DNA from: Candidatus Heimdallarchaeota archaeon
Lineage (GTDB): Archaea > Asgardarchaeota > Heimdallarchaeia > Heimdallarchaeales > Heimdallarchaeaceae
Reading direction: 5' to 3'
NCBI GenBank assembly: GCA_021399395.1
Contig: JAAFKJ010000074.1
Span: forward strand, 1-16,755
DNA: 16,755 bases
Below, piece by piece: positions 15,472 to 16,755 of the stretch; the first letter of the stretch is position 1; every line of letters begins with the position of its first letter. The notes beneath the pieces were generated by a model. That model was given only the letters and a program-made list of their open reading frames with translations. It ran no database searches and was not told the origin of the DNA. The position numbers and the translations under genes were made by a program.

Positions 15472-16608
15472 ATGAAGATAATCGATATAGAAAGCAAGAA
15501 AGGTGAAAAAGTTTTTGGATACATAGACATGTTTGAGTATCCCCATGGAACAATAGAAAAACTTCCCATATGTATCGTTGAAGGTTTAGAAGAAGGACCT
15601 GTATTTCTTCTCACGGGGAACATTCATGGCGATGAATTGCATGGATTAGTTGCTCTTCAAGAAATCATTCAAGAAATCAATCCAACAAAAGTGAAAGGTA
15701 CAGTCATCATAATACCATCTCTTAATCCAGCAGGTTTACTTGTTTTAAAGAGGTCTCCTTTTTACACACAATCTGATCCCAACAGATTGTGGCCCAACCC
15801 TAAACCTAAGAAAGAACCAAAATTGAAGTATGACGATGTATATGACGAAAATTTAGATTCTGAAAAACACCCAGACATCCAAGAGATATTCTACACCAAA
15901 TTCGCACAAATACTTCCAGAAGTCGATTATTTTATAGATTTACATTGCCATGCGATACGTTCTCTTCCATTTTCTTACCTTGATCGAGTTTATTATGATG
16001 AGAAGAAGGAAGGAGAAAAAGAACAATCAGAAGAATTGTATGAGAAAAACAAAAATCTAGTTGAAGCATATGGACTGACACTTGTGCTTGAAGGTCCTCC
16101 AAAACACTATTTCGATGATAAATTGCATAGATCAACTATTGGAAGTTTTGTTAATAAATTTAGGAAACCAGGATTCACTGTTGAATTGGGAGCTTCAGGA
16201 TATGTCGATATTGATATAGTTAAAATTGCAAAAACAGGAATTTGGAACGTCCTTAAGCATACCGGAATGATTGAAGGTGAACTAGAGAAAATAGAATCAG
16301 TGGCTGTGCTTAACGATACTTTGTGGAGAGAAATTATTATTAGGTCTTCAACGTCCGGTTTTTACATACCTTTAGTTAAATGCGGTGAAATAGTAGAGAA
16401 AGGCGATCCAATATTTGAAATCCGAGATATATTTGGAAATATCAAGGAGACAATAATTGCTGTTGAAAGAGGAACTATCTTAGGCATGTGGGACGATGTT
16501 TGTTGCTATCCAAATAGTGAATTAGCAGTTTATTTAGTTGAAAATACTATAGATGTAGTTTTACCTTGGGAATATGAGAAAAAGGATGAGGAAGAGAAAA
16601 AGGAGTAA
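15472..16608 (+). CDS. M14-type succinylglutamate desuccinylase/aspartoacylase family hydrolase
   Basis: IHGDE, NPAG, DPNR, IDLH and TVELG motifs, plus a C-terminal barrel-sandwich hybrid region (SSTSGF...GEIVEKGD). ATG 15472 preferred over TTG 15463. Confidence 0.92.
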   Translation: MKIIDIESKKGEKVFGYIDMFEYPHGTIEKLPICIVEGLEEGPVFLLTGNIHGDELHGLVALQEIIQEINPTKVKGTVIIIPSLNPAGLLVLKRSPFYTQSDPNRLWPNPKPKKEPKLKYDDVYDENLDSEKHPDIQEIFYTKFAQILPEVDYFIDLHCHAIRSLPFSYLDRVYYDEKKEGEKEQSEELYEKNKNLVEAYGLTLVLEGPPKHYFDDKLHRSTIGSFVNKFRKPGFTVELGASGYVDIDIVKIAKTGIWNVLKHTGMIEGELEKIESVAVLNDTLWREIIIRSSTSGFYIPLVKCGEIVEKGDPIFEIRDIFGNIKETIIAVERGTILGMWDDVCCYPNSELAVYLVENTIDVVLPWEYEKKDEEEKKE

Positions 16609-16614
16609 ATTACT

Positions 16615-16755
16615 CTAATCTTCTTCAATTTCCATAGTAATAATTTGATAATCAGGTAGCTTATTTTTGAAATCTTCTAGAAAGGATAAACTTCCAATTC
16701 CTCTACCCACATGCATAGGAATGGTGATTTCTGCATTAATTGCCTTTGTAGCTTC
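16615..16755 (-). CDS. Partial CDS (3' end): MBL-fold metallo-hydrolase, UPF0173/UlaG-like
   Basis: Not in ORF track. Manual translation EATKAINAEITIPMHVGRGIGSLSFLEDFKNKLPDYQIITMEIEED*. IPMH is the typical terminal metal-ligand motif. Confidence 0.75.
   Translation of the reverse strand, partial: EATKAINAEITIPMHVGRGIGSLSFLEDFKNKLPDYQIITMEIEED

Noticed and set aside
1158-16135. Shadow ORFs in the track (1158-1406, 1620-1859, 2845-3039, 7852-8091, 8708-8902, 9370-9696, 10807-11016, 10955-11191, 13261-13803, 14168-14383, 15932-16135)
   Set aside because: All lie antisense to well-supported genes and show no recognisable motifs.
1-16755. CRISPR arrays, tRNA/rRNA, IS elements, integrases, defence systems
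   Set aside because: No regularly spaced repeats, cloverleaf or GC-rich structural RNA tracts, or transposase/integrase/nuclease motifs were seen by eye.

Overview
AT-rich, densely coding archaeal window. Archaeal markers are archaemetzincin, GGTGA-type ribosome-binding sites, TATA boxes about 25 nt upstream of ATGs, and a box C/D RNA. The gene set suggests an Asgard archaeon, probably Heimdallarchaeia (inference). It holds 19 complete CDSs plus two partial edge genes missing from the ORF track. No mobile element, CRISPR array, tRNA or rRNA is visible. Highlights: (1) an unannotated box C/D guide sRNA at 10550-10619 with a canonical terminal K-turn, whose D' guide appears to target the 16S helix-34 G equivalent to eukaryotic 18S Gm1271 (yeast) / Gm1328 (human); (2) an orf-iscS-iscU operon whose IscS has lost the PLP lysine and other PLP/substrate residues but keeps the Cys loop; (3) a stand-alone Lrp/AsnC RAM domain gene coupled to a DMT transporter that carries its own RAM domain; (4) a receiver domain fused to a putative uDENN/longin-like domain; (5) a tandem-RHH, C2H2 zinc finger, acidic-tail protein. 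All family calls come from motifs recognised by eye; no database searches were run.
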